DNA of 50,229 nt from a virus. Lineage: Duplodnaviria; Heunggongvirae; Uroviricota; Caudoviricetes. The position numbers and the translations under genes are program-made. The stretch lies in IMG/VR virus record IMGVR_UViG_2718217713_000003; one strand, written 5' to 3'. The notes beneath the pieces were generated by a model. The model searched no databases and was not told where the DNA came from. It worked only from the letters and a program-made list of their open reading frames with translations. Shown piece after piece: positions 1-8,820 of this stretch; the first letter of the stretch is position 1; every line of letters begins with the position of its first letter.

Positions 1-19
1 CTATTTGATAAATATTAAA

Positions 20-1315
20 TTAATTTTTCATTGCTTCGTTATGGGGCATGGTTGGGGCAAACTCGCTTAACTGTGTATTTAACAAAGCTACCTGTGCATT
101 ATTGTTTTCAGACATCCATTTTCCGTATACCTTAAATACCATTTGCGCATCTGCATGGCCCATCTGGTTTGCTATAAATGCCGGGTTAGCACCAGCTGTC
201 AGCGACCAGCAGGCATAAGTATGTCTCGACTGATATGATTTTCGATGGCGGAGTCCGGCACGTTTTATCGCTGCGTCCCACATCTGCCTTATTGAGTCAA
301 CGGTAAAATGGTCACCATAATTTTTTACTCTCGCTGACACTTCAGGTTGAAAAACAAAGGTGCATTTTTGTTTTTCTGTTCTGCCATACTCTCTGAGGTG
401 AACATCAATGATATGCTCTTTGCTCAGTCTCGTTAATGTCATCTGACTCCGGAGAGCGTCGATTGCTGGCTTAATAAGATGAATGACCCGATTGGTTCCC
501 GCCTGTGTTTTTGGTACCGTGAAACGGTCTTTTGCTAAATTTCTCCTGATCATCATTGTTCCATTTTTCAGATCTATGTCCTCCCATCCAAGTGCACACA
601 GCTCACCAGGGCGAACGCCAGTATAAACAGAAACACACCATAAATTTTTTGCTTGCTGATTTCTGCACGCATCGATAAGACGGATAAATTCCTCCCGCGA
701 AAGAGGATCCGGAATGGTTCTTGATTCCTTTAATGGCGAGATCCCCTTAAACGGGTTATCTGCCAGGTAACCGTTATCAACACCAAACTGGAACACGGCG
801 TTAAGATTTGTCATGTAATTATTTACAGTTACAGCCGATCTCCCTGGTTGTGTAACAATATAGTTACTTTTGGGGATCTGGTATCCAGTCAGTAGCTCTT
901 TACGAACCTCCAGTAATTTTTCTTTATTAATCGATGAGGCAAGATTTTTTTCACCGATTATGCTCAGGATATTTTTGATGACGGCACGGTATGTGTTGAG
1001 TGATGTTTTTGCGACTTCAGTTTCTTTCAGTGCCAGAAATTTTTCAGCCAGTTCTTTTATGGTTAAATCTTGTCGGGCCTCACCAAATTTTTCCAGATTG
1101 CGTGAGGAGGGAAACTGTTTTGCATAGTCGAAAACACCAGTTTTTATTGCGTAACAAACAGAGGCGCGTAGCTCACCTGCAACGCGCCTGTTTTTTGCTG
1201 TGTCAGGAACCCCCAGGTTTTCCCTGACTCTTACGCCTTTATAAACAAACCAGATACGTAATTTCCCTCCATGGTTTTCCACGCCTGTCGGATATTTCAT
1301 TTCAACTTCTCTCAT
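20..1315 (-). CDS. Phage tyrosine integrase (site-specific recombinase)
   Basis: 431 aa ORF at the prophage left end, with the conserved C-terminal catalytic region typical of tyrosine recombinases (R...HxxR...Y pattern). A second possible start is at the internal Met (MKYPTG, 1300). Confidence 0.85.
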   Translation of the reverse strand: MREVEMKYPTGVENHGGKLRIWFVYKGVRVRENLGVPDTAKNRRVAGELRASVCYAIKTGVFDYAKQFPSSRNLEKFGEARQDLTIKELAEKFLALKETEVAKTSLNTYRAVIKNILSIIGEKNLASSINKEKLLEVRKELLTGYQIPKSNYIVTQPGRSAVTVNNYMTNLNAVFQFGVDNGYLADNPFKGISPLKESRTIPDPLSREEFIRLIDACRNQQAKNLWCVSVYTGVRPGELCALGWEDIDLKNGTMMIRRNLAKDRFTVPKTQAGTNRVIHLIKPAIDALRSQMTLTRLSKEHIIDVHLREYGRTEKQKCTFVFQPEVSARVKNYGDHFTVDSIRQMWDAAIKRAGLRHRKSYQSRHTYACWSLTAGANPAFIANQMGHADAQMVFKVYGKWMSENNNAQVALLNTQLSEFAPTMPHNEAMKN

Positions 1316-1334
1316 TAGTTAGTGTGGCTTTTAG

Positions 1335-1586
1335 TCAAGTAAGATGACGTCTTGGTCTTGCTGATGCCTGGCGCTCAATCCAGCGATCAATTTCTTCCAG
1401 GTTGTAAAAGCATGGACTGTTATCCCATGGCATACCGTCATGAGCGACATGCTTATATTCCCTTCCTTCCATAAACGATTTTTCCCGGGCCTTTTTTAAC
1501 GTACCTTTTTTTATTCCTTTCAGCGCAATTAACTGCTCTTCGGATACCCATTTGCCGGGAGAGACAATCATGATTACTTCGCTCAT
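1335..1586 (-). CDS. Excisionase-like small protein (YdaQ/Xis-like)
   Basis: 83 aa ORF immediately upstream of int on the same strand, the usual xis position. Family assignment is from memory of similar prophage proteins. Confidence 0.55.
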   Translation of the reverse strand: MSEVIMIVSPGKWVSEEQLIALKGIKKGTLKKAREKSFMEGREYKHVAHDGMPWDNSPCFYNLEEIDRWIERQASARPRRHLT

Positions 1587-1658
1587 CGATTTCTTTATCT
1601 CTTACATCAGACGAGCGCCGGTTGCAGAATACCAGTCACAACCGGCGACAGTTGAACA

Positions 1659-4097
1659 TTAAGAATCAGCCTGACTCGGGATCAGTTTTTGCCAGATAAC
1701 TGAAACGTATTTTGCCTGGTAACGGGCGTCATCAAGTGCATTATGGCGCTCACCTTCGAATGGAATAGCCGTTCTGGCATCGAAGTCTATGGCTTTCCCC
1801 AGCTCAACGATTGTGCGTACATCGCGATCGTTGTAGTAACGCCACGGGCAGGGGATCCCCTGCCGTTCGTATGAACGGCGCAAAATCGTGTTGTCGAAGT
1901 TGGCTCCATTTCCCCAGACCTGAACAAAAAATTCACCGGAGTTTTCGTCGATAAATTCCCGCAATTGTAACAGTGCATCATCTAACGGGATTTCATCGGT
2001 CATAATGGCAGATTGCGCTTCGCGTGATTGCTTAAGCCACCATTTAATGGTGTCCCGATCAATAACTCCGCCAGCAGTTTCCAGATCGATAGTCTTACTA
2101 AATTCCGGTCCCATATCTCCGGTTTGCGGATCGAAAAATATTGCACCTATTGAGATGATCGGGGCATCAGGATTTTTTCCCATGGTTTCAAGGTCGATCA
2201 TTAGATGGTCACACGTCCTGCTGGTGGATGTGATTTCGTGATGACCGTTCACATTAATTAAGGGATCTGTCGCCTCGCCAGTTTCATTATCGCTATCGTG
2301 ATGCTGATTGCCGCCAGGGTTCTCCTTGTGTGGATGTTCAGCGCCTTCCATTTCCTCCGGATCATTTTCCTGAACTTCAACCTGATTCTCTTCATTGAAT
2401 GTTTCCTGGTATGTTGCGTCGCCCATCACCACACCACAATCAGGGCAGTTGCCGCCGCCGGTCTGACCGCAGGCGGTACAGACTTTTTCCGGTTCTTGTT
2501 GCTCTTCTGGTTCAGGCTGTTTCGTTTTTGGCTCGTTTTGTAACGCATTTGAGCTGTTTTGTTCCGCTTTCTGGTCGTTCCGTTCCGATTCTTGCTGGTT
2601 CTGGTTCACAGAATCGCGGGTTTCAATCCCCTTCACCCATTTCGGATCATTCGGGTCGCTAATCCCTGCAACAAATTCACCACGTGATGCAGCAAGCAAC
2701 TTATCGGCGTCAGGCTGGTTGATATTGGCTGCCTGCATAATTTTGTTTACTTCGTCAGCGGTGACTTTTACTTGGTTAGCGGAACTCACCTGCGACTGAG
2801 CATCCAGCGACTGCGCGTCCTGGCTATGTTCAGTTGTATCCGGTTCCATTGTTTCAGTTGTTGTCCGTTCACCTGCCATTGCGTCAGATGGTTGTGGTTT
2901 TTCTTCTGTTTCACGCTCAGTAACCACCTCGAGGTTAATTTCTTCCAGGATATCTTTTTCCGGCGTATGCCGGGCAACTGTGAGAGTTTCCTTGCTGGGG
3001 TTCTCGTGATCAGTTTCCGTCAAATAGGCGTTGATATACCCCTGAAGGCGTCCCGGGTAGTGATAAAATTCAGGGTGTGCGCTTCGGATAAGTGCAAAAA
3101 TAGCGGCGCGGGAATAGTCCAGAATACCCGGGGTTGCACGAAGTGCTGCGGACCATTCTTTGAACGGACTTTCTTTTTTCAGGACGACTTCTTTTGCGCG
3201 ACGATAAACGCTGCGCGGAATTTCATAAATATTAAAATCCATCGGAAGTGTGGCTGCTGCAATCTCCACATCCAGTGTGTCGAGGGTGTGTACTAAATTC
3301 GGATTGCGATCGGTTTTGTTCCCGCCACCGGCATTAGCACCGGAAGCCGTGCGGGTGATACGCGAAACACGATTTCCTTTCATCCACTCTTTTGTTAGCA
3401 GACCGCGATCGGTGTAGTCTGCGTCTAGGTATGCTTCGAAAAAAGCAGTCATCGGCCCCAGGCTTGAATTGCCAGGATTAGGGAAAACTTTGTCAGTATC
3501 ACGCACCAGTTTGTGGAGGTCGCGAATCTCCAGCGGGTCGAGCAGGCTGGTTTTGTGGGAAACAGCCAGGGCAGTAACAGCCGGTAGTTCTTCAGCCCGT
3601 GCAATGTGTAATGCCTGGAGTTCGTCGCGTGAAACGTGCGTTACCGGTTTTTTGCTGCCGTGTTGAGCAAGCCAACGAATGGGCAGTTCCTGACCGGAAA
3701 CAGGCAGAAGCATGCTCTCCTCAATCTCAGTCATGTCTTCGCCGTTGATGTTGGTATTGTCAGTGCTGGCTGGTTTGTCCTGAACTGAGGGGGAAGGGCC
3801 GATAAATGTCATTGTGATGCCATCTTTCCCGCCTTTTTCATAGCGGTTGCAGAATTCCGTATCAAACACGCCTTCTGGCGGAAGGTCGTCAACAACGGGC
3901 AAATTGACGCGGACGGGTTTTTTAAAGTCGTCTTCATCATAATCGTTGTCATCCATTGCGGTAATGCAGCGGGAGATTGCAACAGATAATTTTTTTGCTG
4001 TAGTCCAGTAAAAACCACCTTTAATTCCCAGGCGTTTTCTGACTTTGTCATTTTTTGCTTCGCAATATAGTGCAAATTCTTCTTTATCAGTGCTCAT
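1659..4097 (-). CDS. RecE-like (exodeoxyribonuclease VIII N-terminal homology) protein with a C-terminal DnaQ-like DEDDh 3'-5' exonuclease domain
   Basis: 812 aa. The N-terminal two thirds resemble RecE of the Rac prophage ([44 protein letters not shown] zinc ribbon). The C-terminus carries DEDDh exonuclease motifs ([23 protein letters not shown]). No recT/bet follows. Confidence 0.8.
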   Translation of the reverse strand: MSTDKEEFALYCEAKNDKVRKRLGIKGGFYWTTAKKLSVAISRCITAMDDNDYDEDDFKKPVRVNLPVVDDLPPEGVFDTEFCNRYEKGGKDGITMTFIGPSPSVQDKPASTDNTNINGEDMTEIEESMLLPVSGQELPIRWLAQHGSKKPVTHVSRDELQALHIARAEELPAVTALAVSHKTSLLDPLEIRDLHKLVRDTDKVFPNPGNSSLGPMTAFFEAYLDADYTDRGLLTKEWMKGNRVSRITRTASGANAGGGNKTDRNPNLVHTLDTLDVEIAAATLPMDFNIYEIPRSVYRRAKEVVLKKESPFKEWSAALRATPGILDYSRAAIFALIRSAHPEFYHYPGRLQGYINAYLTETDHENPSKETLTVARHTPEKDILEEINLEVVTERETEEKPQPSDAMAGERTTTETMEPDTTEHSQDAQSLDAQSQVSSANQVKVTADEVNKIMQAANINQPDADKLLAASRGEFVAGISDPNDPKWVKGIETRDSVNQNQQESERNDQKAEQNSSNALQNEPKTKQPEPEEQQEPEKVCTACGQTGGGNCPDCGVVMGDATYQETFNEENQVEVQENDPEEMEGAEHPHKENPGGNQHHDSDNETGEATDPLINVNGHHEITSTSRTCDHLMIDLETMGKNPDAPIISIGAIFFDPQTGDMGPEFSKTIDLETAGGVIDRDTIKWWLKQSREAQSAIMTDEIPLDDALLQLREFIDENSGEFFVQVWGNGANFDNTILRRSYERQGIPCPWRYYNDRDVRTIVELGKAIDFDARTAIPFEGERHNALDDARYQAKYVSVIWQKLIPSQADS

Positions 4098-4187
4098 TGA
4101 TAAACCTCATTACAGATTTAAGGGTGAACAAATCTCTGCCATTGCTGACATATAAGAATGAAACTGGATATTTATTACGGTGCTGTT

Positions 4188-4379
4188 TTAAAATCCTGCC
4201 GGGATTTCGTTATTATTCTGGTAAATAACTTTATCGACCGGATAACAGTTGCCTGGAATTTTCTGTTCGGTTGCTGCTGCCATACATTCCTGCATTGTTC
4301 TGTGAACACTGACTGCAATATCAACTGGTTCTCCGGAAACAAGAAAAACCGTCAGAATAAGTGCAAATACTGGATTCAT
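4188..4379 (-). CDS. ydfD: Small membrane lysis protein YdfD
   Basis: 63 aa from the internal ATG (MNPVFALILTVFLVSG...), AGGA Shine-Dalgarno 8 nt upstream, ATGA start/stop overlap with dicB. The tabulated ORF start at 4433 is probably a run-on. Confidence 0.7.
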   Translation of the reverse strand: MNPVFALILTVFLVSGEPVDIAVSVHRTMQECMAAATEQKIPGNCYPVDKVIYQNNNEIPAGF

Positions 4380-4564
4380 TGTGCATATCCTTTTGGCTGC
4401 AGACGTAAACGGGCCAGCATTGAAACAATGCATACTTTATTTAATAGCTCCCGTTCTTGTTTTCTCTTGTTAATGGCATCTTCAGTAAATACTGGGTTAC
4501 TGATAGTGACACCAATTTCAAAACAACCTTCAGACGTATTAACGTTTGGTAATAACGTTTTCAT
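4376..4564 (-). CDS. dicB: Cell division inhibitor DicB
   Basis: 62 aa, MKTLLPNVNTSEGCFEIGVTISNPVF..., matching the remembered DicB sequence. It lies just downstream of dicF, as in Qin. Confidence 0.85.
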   Translation of the reverse strand: MKTLLPNVNTSEGCFEIGVTISNPVFTEDAINKRKQERELLNKVCIVSMLARLRLQPKGYAQ

Positions 4565-4732
4565 TATCGCGTCCTCAACAATGAATTTTGTGATGCAGTG
4601 CCTGGTGCCTCCAGGTGACGTTAACCAGTTAACAATTAACGCCGGATACAGAGAATCCACCCATAACACTGTTTTTGGTTTTAACTGTTCCGCGTGCGCT
4701 CAGCCGCATTCACCACATCACAAAATTCACTT

Positions 4733-4791
4733 TAAAAAGGGCGGCAGAGCAGTCACGGAGTAAAACTGATACCGCCAAACGTCACCAGAAA
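4733..4791 (-). ncRNA. dicF: DicF small regulatory RNA (ftsZ-targeting) with intrinsic terminator
   Basis: Minus-strand sequence TTTCTGGTGACGTTTGGCGGTATCAGTTTTACTCCGTGACTGCTCTGCCGCCCTTTTT read directly. It matches the remembered DicF sequence and ends in a GC stem plus T-run. Confidence 0.85.
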
Positions 4792-5131
4792 ATTGATAAC
4801 AGAGGGCGTTGCAGCGGGGTTGTCACTTAAGCGTATGGTCAACCTGACAACCCGGTGTCCTCAACGGGGAAGAAATAACCCCGCCATACTTACCGCCGCA
4901 CCATTTCGCGGGTTGCCACAACCGGAAGCGCACGGTCGACGAAAATTTAACGACAGGCTATCTATGAACCAGCTACCTCGCCGTGCGCTTTCGCGTTATG
5001 GTCTGACTTTTCAGGGAAATATCCTTTCAGTAAACTGTCAGTGCCGGATGCTCACCCGTGTCCGGCGCACGCACTCCACCTCACCCGTGGAGAACTCCTT
5101 AATTACCAACCTTAGCTTCGTTGGTTAGCTA

Positions 5132-5350
5132 TTAACGCGGGTATGTAATCATTCTGGCAATGCTTAATGCCGCTGCTTTTTCCAGATTGGTGATATCCTG
5201 CTCCAGAGCGGACAGATTTTCAGCCTGCTTAGCCCTGGCTTCATTGGCCCATTTCAGATCCTGCGCTGCATTAATTTTCTGGCGCATCCACTCATAAAGT
5301 TCATCATCGGTATAGTCTGGCGCGATGATGACGGGTTCTCGTTTCTGCAT
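5132..5350 (-). CDS. ydfC: Qin-type small protein YdfC
   Basis: 72 aa ORF (MQKREPVIIAPDYTDDELYEWMRQ...) in the ydfA-ydfB-ydfC-dicF-dicB order. Confidence 0.75.
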   Translation of the reverse strand: MQKREPVIIAPDYTDDELYEWMRQKINAAQDLKWANEARAKQAENLSALEQDITNLEKAAALSIARMITYPR

Positions 5351-5379
5351 ACTGATTCCTCGCGGTGCTGTTTCGCTTA

Positions 5380-5508
5380 TCAGCCGTTAGATTTTGCCGA
5401 ACTGGAAAGCGCCTGTTTAAATTCGTTGAAGCTGAGAGCTTCTTCGCCGTCGGCAAGACCTTCGAAGTATTCTTCGTAAGCCTTTTCCATGATTGTGTCG
5501 AAATCCAT
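5380..5508 (-). CDS. ydfB: Qin-type small protein YdfB
   Basis: 42 aa ORF found by hand translation (MDFDTIMEKAYEEYFEGLADGEEALSFNEFKQALSSSAKSNG). It is below the ORF-track length cutoff and sits between ydfA and ydfC. Confidence 0.7.
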   Translation of the reverse strand: MDFDTIMEKAYEEYFEGLADGEEALSFNEFKQALSSSAKSNG

Positions 5509-5509
5509 A

Positions 5510-5665
5510 TCACTCACCTGAGTTTCTTTCCAGCCAGCGACGGGCACCATTTTCGGTTTTAAACGTTTTGCTTTTGGTATACGTCATCGCGGTGAACGTA
5601 CCGTCCTGGTTTGGAAACACGCCGTACACCAGAGATTCGTTGTTGCCAAGATCGATAGTATCCAT
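5510..5665 (-). CDS. ydfA: Qin-type small protein YdfA
   Basis: 51 aa from the internal ATG (MDTIDLGNNESLVYGVFPNQDG...), with a GAGG Shine-Dalgarno upstream. It is the first gene of the dicB operon. Confidence 0.7.
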   Translation of the reverse strand: MDTIDLGNNESLVYGVFPNQDGTFTAMTYTKSKTFKTENGARRWLERNSGE

Positions 5666-5744
5666 GCTGACCTCATTTCCCCTTAACGCTGGGGTAGCGG
5701 AACTGTTTGCTGAGAACACCGTGCGGTGTGTTGATGCAAACAAG

Positions 5745-5758
5745 ATTAGCCATGACTA
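5745..5758. promoter_or_regulatory. Putative DicA operator upstream of the ydfA-dicB operon
   Basis: 14 bp near-palindrome TTAGCCATGACTAA (TTAGY-N4-RCTAA) between dicA and ydfA. The same half-site pattern recurs twice in the dicA-dicC intergenic region. Confidence 0.45.
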
Positions 5759-5831
5759 ACATATCGGTCAAGTGATTTTGTATGCTATAGCTAACATAAT
5801 TGATGTGGTAAAAGATAACTCATTGATGATG

Positions 5832-6239
5832 TTATCTTTTATTTGTCCGCTGACGGGCTTTTAGTAATTCTTCAAAGAGTTTATTGAAGTTTCTTACTCG
5901 AGCTCGCATTTCGGCGAGCTGGGTATCCTGTTCTGATTCTGGCAGTGCATTAAACAGCTCAAGGAGCTCTAGTTCTTTGGGGGATAAGGCAACTGGCTTC
6001 TCAACAGGTGGTGTTGGTTGCTTGTCTTCATCGCCAAATAGAATCCATGTTGGTGAGCATTGCAATACTTTGCTGAGGGCAAAAAGGTTCTTCCCTGTAG
6101 GTTCACTATCACCCCGTTCCCATTGTGATACAGACACATGGGAGATTTTCAGGGCTTTAGCAAGAGACCTTTGGGTGTGTTTGAGGTTTTTCCGACGATA
6201 CCTGATGCGTTCGCCGATAGTTAAATTTTTTGTTTCCAT
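5832..6239 (-). CDS. dicA: Prophage repressor DicA (HTH_XRE family, cI-like)
   Basis: 135 aa with an N-terminal helix-turn-helix (LKHTQRSLAKALKISHVSVSQWERG). It is divergent from dicC. Confidence 0.85.
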   Translation of the reverse strand: METKNLTIGERIRYRRKNLKHTQRSLAKALKISHVSVSQWERGDSEPTGKNLFALSKVLQCSPTWILFGDEDKQPTPPVEKPVALSPKELELLELFNALPESEQDTQLAEMRARVRNFNKLFEELLKARQRTNKR

Positions 6240-6241
6240 AG

Positions 6242-6305
6242 TTAGCTAATGCTAAATCGTATTGACTATGTTTTTGTTAACATCTATCTTGTTAGTTATG
6301 ACTAA
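6242..6305. promoter_or_regulatory. dicA/dicC divergent promoter-operator region
   Basis: Two 14 bp sites, TTAGCTAATGCTAA (6242-6255) and TTAGTTATGACTAA (6292-6305), in the 83 bp divergent intergenic region. Confidence 0.5.
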
Positions 6306-6322
6306 CAATAAAGGTGTTTTAA

Positions 6323-6553
6323 ATGCTTAAAACTGACGCTCTTTTGTATTTCGGTTCAAAAACAAAACTTGCACAAGCAGCAGGTATTCGTTTGGCTTCG
6401 CTTTATAGCTGGAAAGGGGATTTAGTTCCCGAAGGTCGCGCGATGCGTCTACAGGAGGCATCTGGCGGGGAGCTTCAGTATGATCCCAAAGTTTATGATG
6501 AATATCGTAAGACGAAGCGGGCGGGGCGGTTGAACAATGAAAATCACTCCTGA
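6323..6553 (+). CDS. dicC: Cro-like regulator DicC
   Basis: 76 aa (MLKTDALLYFGSKTKLAQAAGIRLASLYSWKGD...), divergent from dicA. Confidence 0.8.
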   Translation: MLKTDALLYFGSKTKLAQAAGIRLASLYSWKGDLVPEGRAMRLQEASGGELQYDPKVYDEYRKTKRAGRLNNENHS

Positions 6554-7058
6554 ACAGGCTCGTGAGGCTCTGGATGCCTGGATATGTCGACCAGGAATGA
6601 CACAGGAGCAGGCGACGATATTAATCACTGAAGCATTCTGGGCTTTGAAAGAGCGCCCGAACATCGATGTTCAGCGTGTCACAGATGAAGGTGGCGCGGT
6701 TGATCAGCGAGCGCTTGGTGTTAATCGAGTGAAGATATTCGAACGCTGGAAGGCTATCGACACCAGGGATAAGCGTGAAAAGTTCACGGCGCTAGTGCCT
6801 GCGATTATGGAGGCTATCCGGATTAGTGATTTCAGGTTGTATCGTGAAATTACTGACGGAAAAAGCATCACGTGCATGATCGCCGGGTTAAACAAAGAAT
6901 ATGGCGATGTGGTGGAGTCCGGACTGCTTTTTGCTGATCCTGCCGTAGTGGATCGTGAAACTGACGAACTTATAGAAAAAGCAATTGCTTTCAAGCTTGC
7001 GTATCGACAGCAATACCAACAAAAAGCTGGATGGAATTATGAGCCTTCTTTTTGCTGA
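6537..7058 (+). CDS. Hypothetical early protein in the cII-equivalent position
   Basis: 173 aa ORF overlapping the dicC stop and the start of the replication gene. I recognise no family. Confidence 0.5.
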   Translation: MKITPEQAREALDAWICRPGMTQEQATILITEAFWALKERPNIDVQRVTDEGGAVDQRALGVNRVKIFERWKAIDTRDKREKFTALVPAIMEAIRISDFRLYREITDGKSITCMIAGLNKEYGDVVESGLLFADPAVVDRETDELIEKAIAFKLAYRQQYQQKAGWNYEPSFC

Positions 7059-8004
7059 ACGCCCACTGGTTATAAACACGCAGCTGGCAATGAAAATTGG
7101 CTTAAACGAAGCCATTGTTTTGCAACAACTGCACTACTGGTTGAGAGATACCAACTCCGGCATGGAATGTGATGGTGTTCGCTGGATTTATAACACAACG
7201 GAACAATGGCTGGAACAGTTCCCATTCTGGTCAGAGTCAACGTTAAAGCGCGCGTTTGCAAGTCTGAAAACGCTGGGGCTTTTGCGTTGTGAAAAGCTCA
7301 ATAAATCAAAGCGCGATATGACCAATTTCTACACGATCAACTATGGGAGCGAGCTTTTAGATGGTGGCAAATTGAGCGAATCCATCGGTTCAAAATGCGC
7401 CGCTCCATCAGGTCAAAATGACACGATGGAAGAGGTCAAAATGAAACGCTCCATTGGTTCAAAACGACCCAATGTCATCGGGTCAAAATGGCCTGATGAT
7501 CTTACAGAGAATACAACAGAGATTACTACAGAGAATAAAAACACTTTTCGTCCGGAAGCTTCGCAACCGGACCCGCAGACGACTGAACAGGATTTTTTAA
7601 CCCGGAACTCCGACGCGGTTGTGTTTAGTGCGAAAAAACGCCAGTGGGGTAGCAGGGAGGATTTGGCGTGTGCGCAGTGGATCTGGGGGCGGATCGTGGG
7701 TCTCTACGAACAGGCAGCCAGTGATGATGGCGAGATCATGCGACCAAAAGAGCCTAACTGGACTGCCTGGGCCAATGACGTGCGCACAATGCGGATGCTG
7801 GATGGCAGAAGCCACAGACAAATTTGCGAAATGTTTGGTCGGGTTCAGCGAGATCCATTCTGGGTAAAAAACATCATGAGCCCGTCAAAGCTCCGCGAAA
7901 AATGGGACGAACTGGTCATCCGCCTGGGACGTTCACCTGTGCAGCGTTGTGTTAATCATATTTCTGAACCGGATACAGAAATTCCGCCTGGTTTCAGAGG
8001 ATAA
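7039..8004 (+). CDS. Phage replication initiator (O-like replisome organiser N-terminal domain)
   Basis: The N-terminus (MSLLFAERPLVINTQLAMKIGLNEAIVLQQLHYWL) is typical of phage replication initiators, and the gene contains an iteron array. Start taken at the internal ATG 7039; the ORF is open from 6985. Confidence 0.65.
   Translation: MSLLFAERPLVINTQLAMKIGLNEAIVLQQLHYWLRDTNSGMECDGVRWIYNTTEQWLEQFPFWSESTLKRAFASLKTLGLLRCEKLNKSKRDMTNFYTINYGSELLDGGKLSESIGSKCAAPSGQNDTMEEVKMKRSIGSKRPNVIGSKWPDDLTENTTEITTENKNTFRPEASQPDPQTTEQDFLTRNSDAVVFSAKKRQWGSREDLACAQWIWGRIVGLYEQAASDDGEIMRPKEPNWTAWANDVRTMRMLDGRSHRQICEMFGRVQRDPFWVKNIMSPSKLREKWDELVIRLGRSPVQRCVNHISEPDTEIPPGFRG
7385..7491. repeat. Iteron array (putative origin of replication) inside the initiator gene
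   Basis: Five copies of GGT(T)CAAAA(T/C)G at about 23 bp spacing (near 7390, 7412, 7435, 7458, 7481). At protein level they encode the repeated SIGSK/IGSK motif. Confidence 0.6.
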
Positions 8005-8044
8005 GTGTTGATTTCAGGTCATGAGGTAATTTTAAGGGGGACTT

Positions 8045-8467
8045 GTGGCAAAAGTTTTTACACAAGAAGAGCGGGAAAAAATTAAATGGCAGGTGGTGGA
8101 ACTCGTGCGCCAGAGCGGCCGTGAGACGTTACGGCAACTGGAAGCTAAAACAGGTGCGACTAGATATCTGATGAGCGTTCTTGCCAGAGAGCTGGTAGCC
8201 AGTGGCGATGTATACAACTCCGGCTACGGGTTATTCCCCTCTGAACAGGCGCGTAAGGACTGGCAAAACGCCCGCAAAAAACTCTCGAGGGCAAAGGTGA
8301 AGAAACCTGCTGTGGTTGATCCGGACCTTATCTGGTCATCACCTGACGGAGAAATACGTCGCTACGACAGTCGCCTAAACATAATCTGTCGCGAGTGCCG
8401 GAAGAGCGAAGTTATGCAGCGCATACTGGCTTTCTATCAGGGTAATTTTCAGGACGTGGCGCAGTGA
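8045..8467 (+). CDS. Hypothetical protein, translationally coupled to the downstream methyltransferase fragment
   Basis: 140 aa ORF with a GTG start after an AAGGGGGA Shine-Dalgarno. Its stop overlaps the GTG start of the methyltransferase ORF. Confidence 0.5.
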   Translation: MAKVFTQEEREKIKWQVVELVRQSGRETLRQLEAKTGATRYLMSVLARELVASGDVYNSGYGLFPSEQARKDWQNARKKLSRAKVKKPAVVDPDLIWSSPDGEIRRYDSRLNIICRECRKSEVMQRILAFYQGNFQDVAQ

Positions 8468-8820
8468 GTGCACCGGCAACCATTCTTGATATGTGCTGTG
8501 GCAGCCGCATGTTCTGGTTCGATAAGTCTGACGAACGGGCGATATTTAGCGATATCAGAAAAGAAGGATACACATTACGCAATGGGAGACGCTTGATTAT
8601 CAGCCCTGACATTATCGCAGATTTTCGTGCATTATCATTTGCAGACGCATCTTTTTCGATGGTTGTATTAGACCCTCCGCATCTTGAGCGTGTTGGTGAT
8701 AACGCCTGGATGGGAAAGAAATATGGACGGCTGAATAAAGATGCCTGGCGTGATGATTTGCGACAGAGATTTAAAGAAGCTTTTCGGGTGTTGAGGCCGC
8801 ACGGCGTTCTGATTTTTTAA
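8464..8820 (+). pseudogene. DNA methyltransferase fragment (SAM-binding motif and DPPH catalytic motif), cut by an in-frame TAA
   Basis: 118 aa with FxGxG-like MCCGSRMF and an N6/N4-methyltransferase motif IV (VLDPPH). The frame continues for 29 more codons after the TAA at 8818-8820, to 8910. Even the extended product of about 150 aa is too short for a full methyltransferase. Confidence 0.6.

Noticed and set aside
2772-3296. 174 aa plus-strand ORF (Cys/Phe-rich) inside the exonuclease gene
   Set aside because: Antisense to a well-supported 812 aa gene, odd composition and no ribosome-binding site. Treated as a chance open frame.
4158-4763. 201 aa plus-strand ORF spanning ydfD, dicB and dicF
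   Set aside because: Overlaps three recognised features on the opposite strand, including the DicF RNA. Antisense artefact.
4793-5128. 111 aa plus-strand ORF between dicF and ydfC
   Set aside because: Lies in the presumed DicF precursor region of a minus-strand operon. Arg/Pro-rich composition typical of a GC-rich non-coding frame.
5304-5562. 69 aa minus-strand and 65 aa plus-strand ORFs overlapping ydfB
   Set aside because: The 42 aa ydfB frame is the recognisable one. The longer overlapping frames have no family resemblance.
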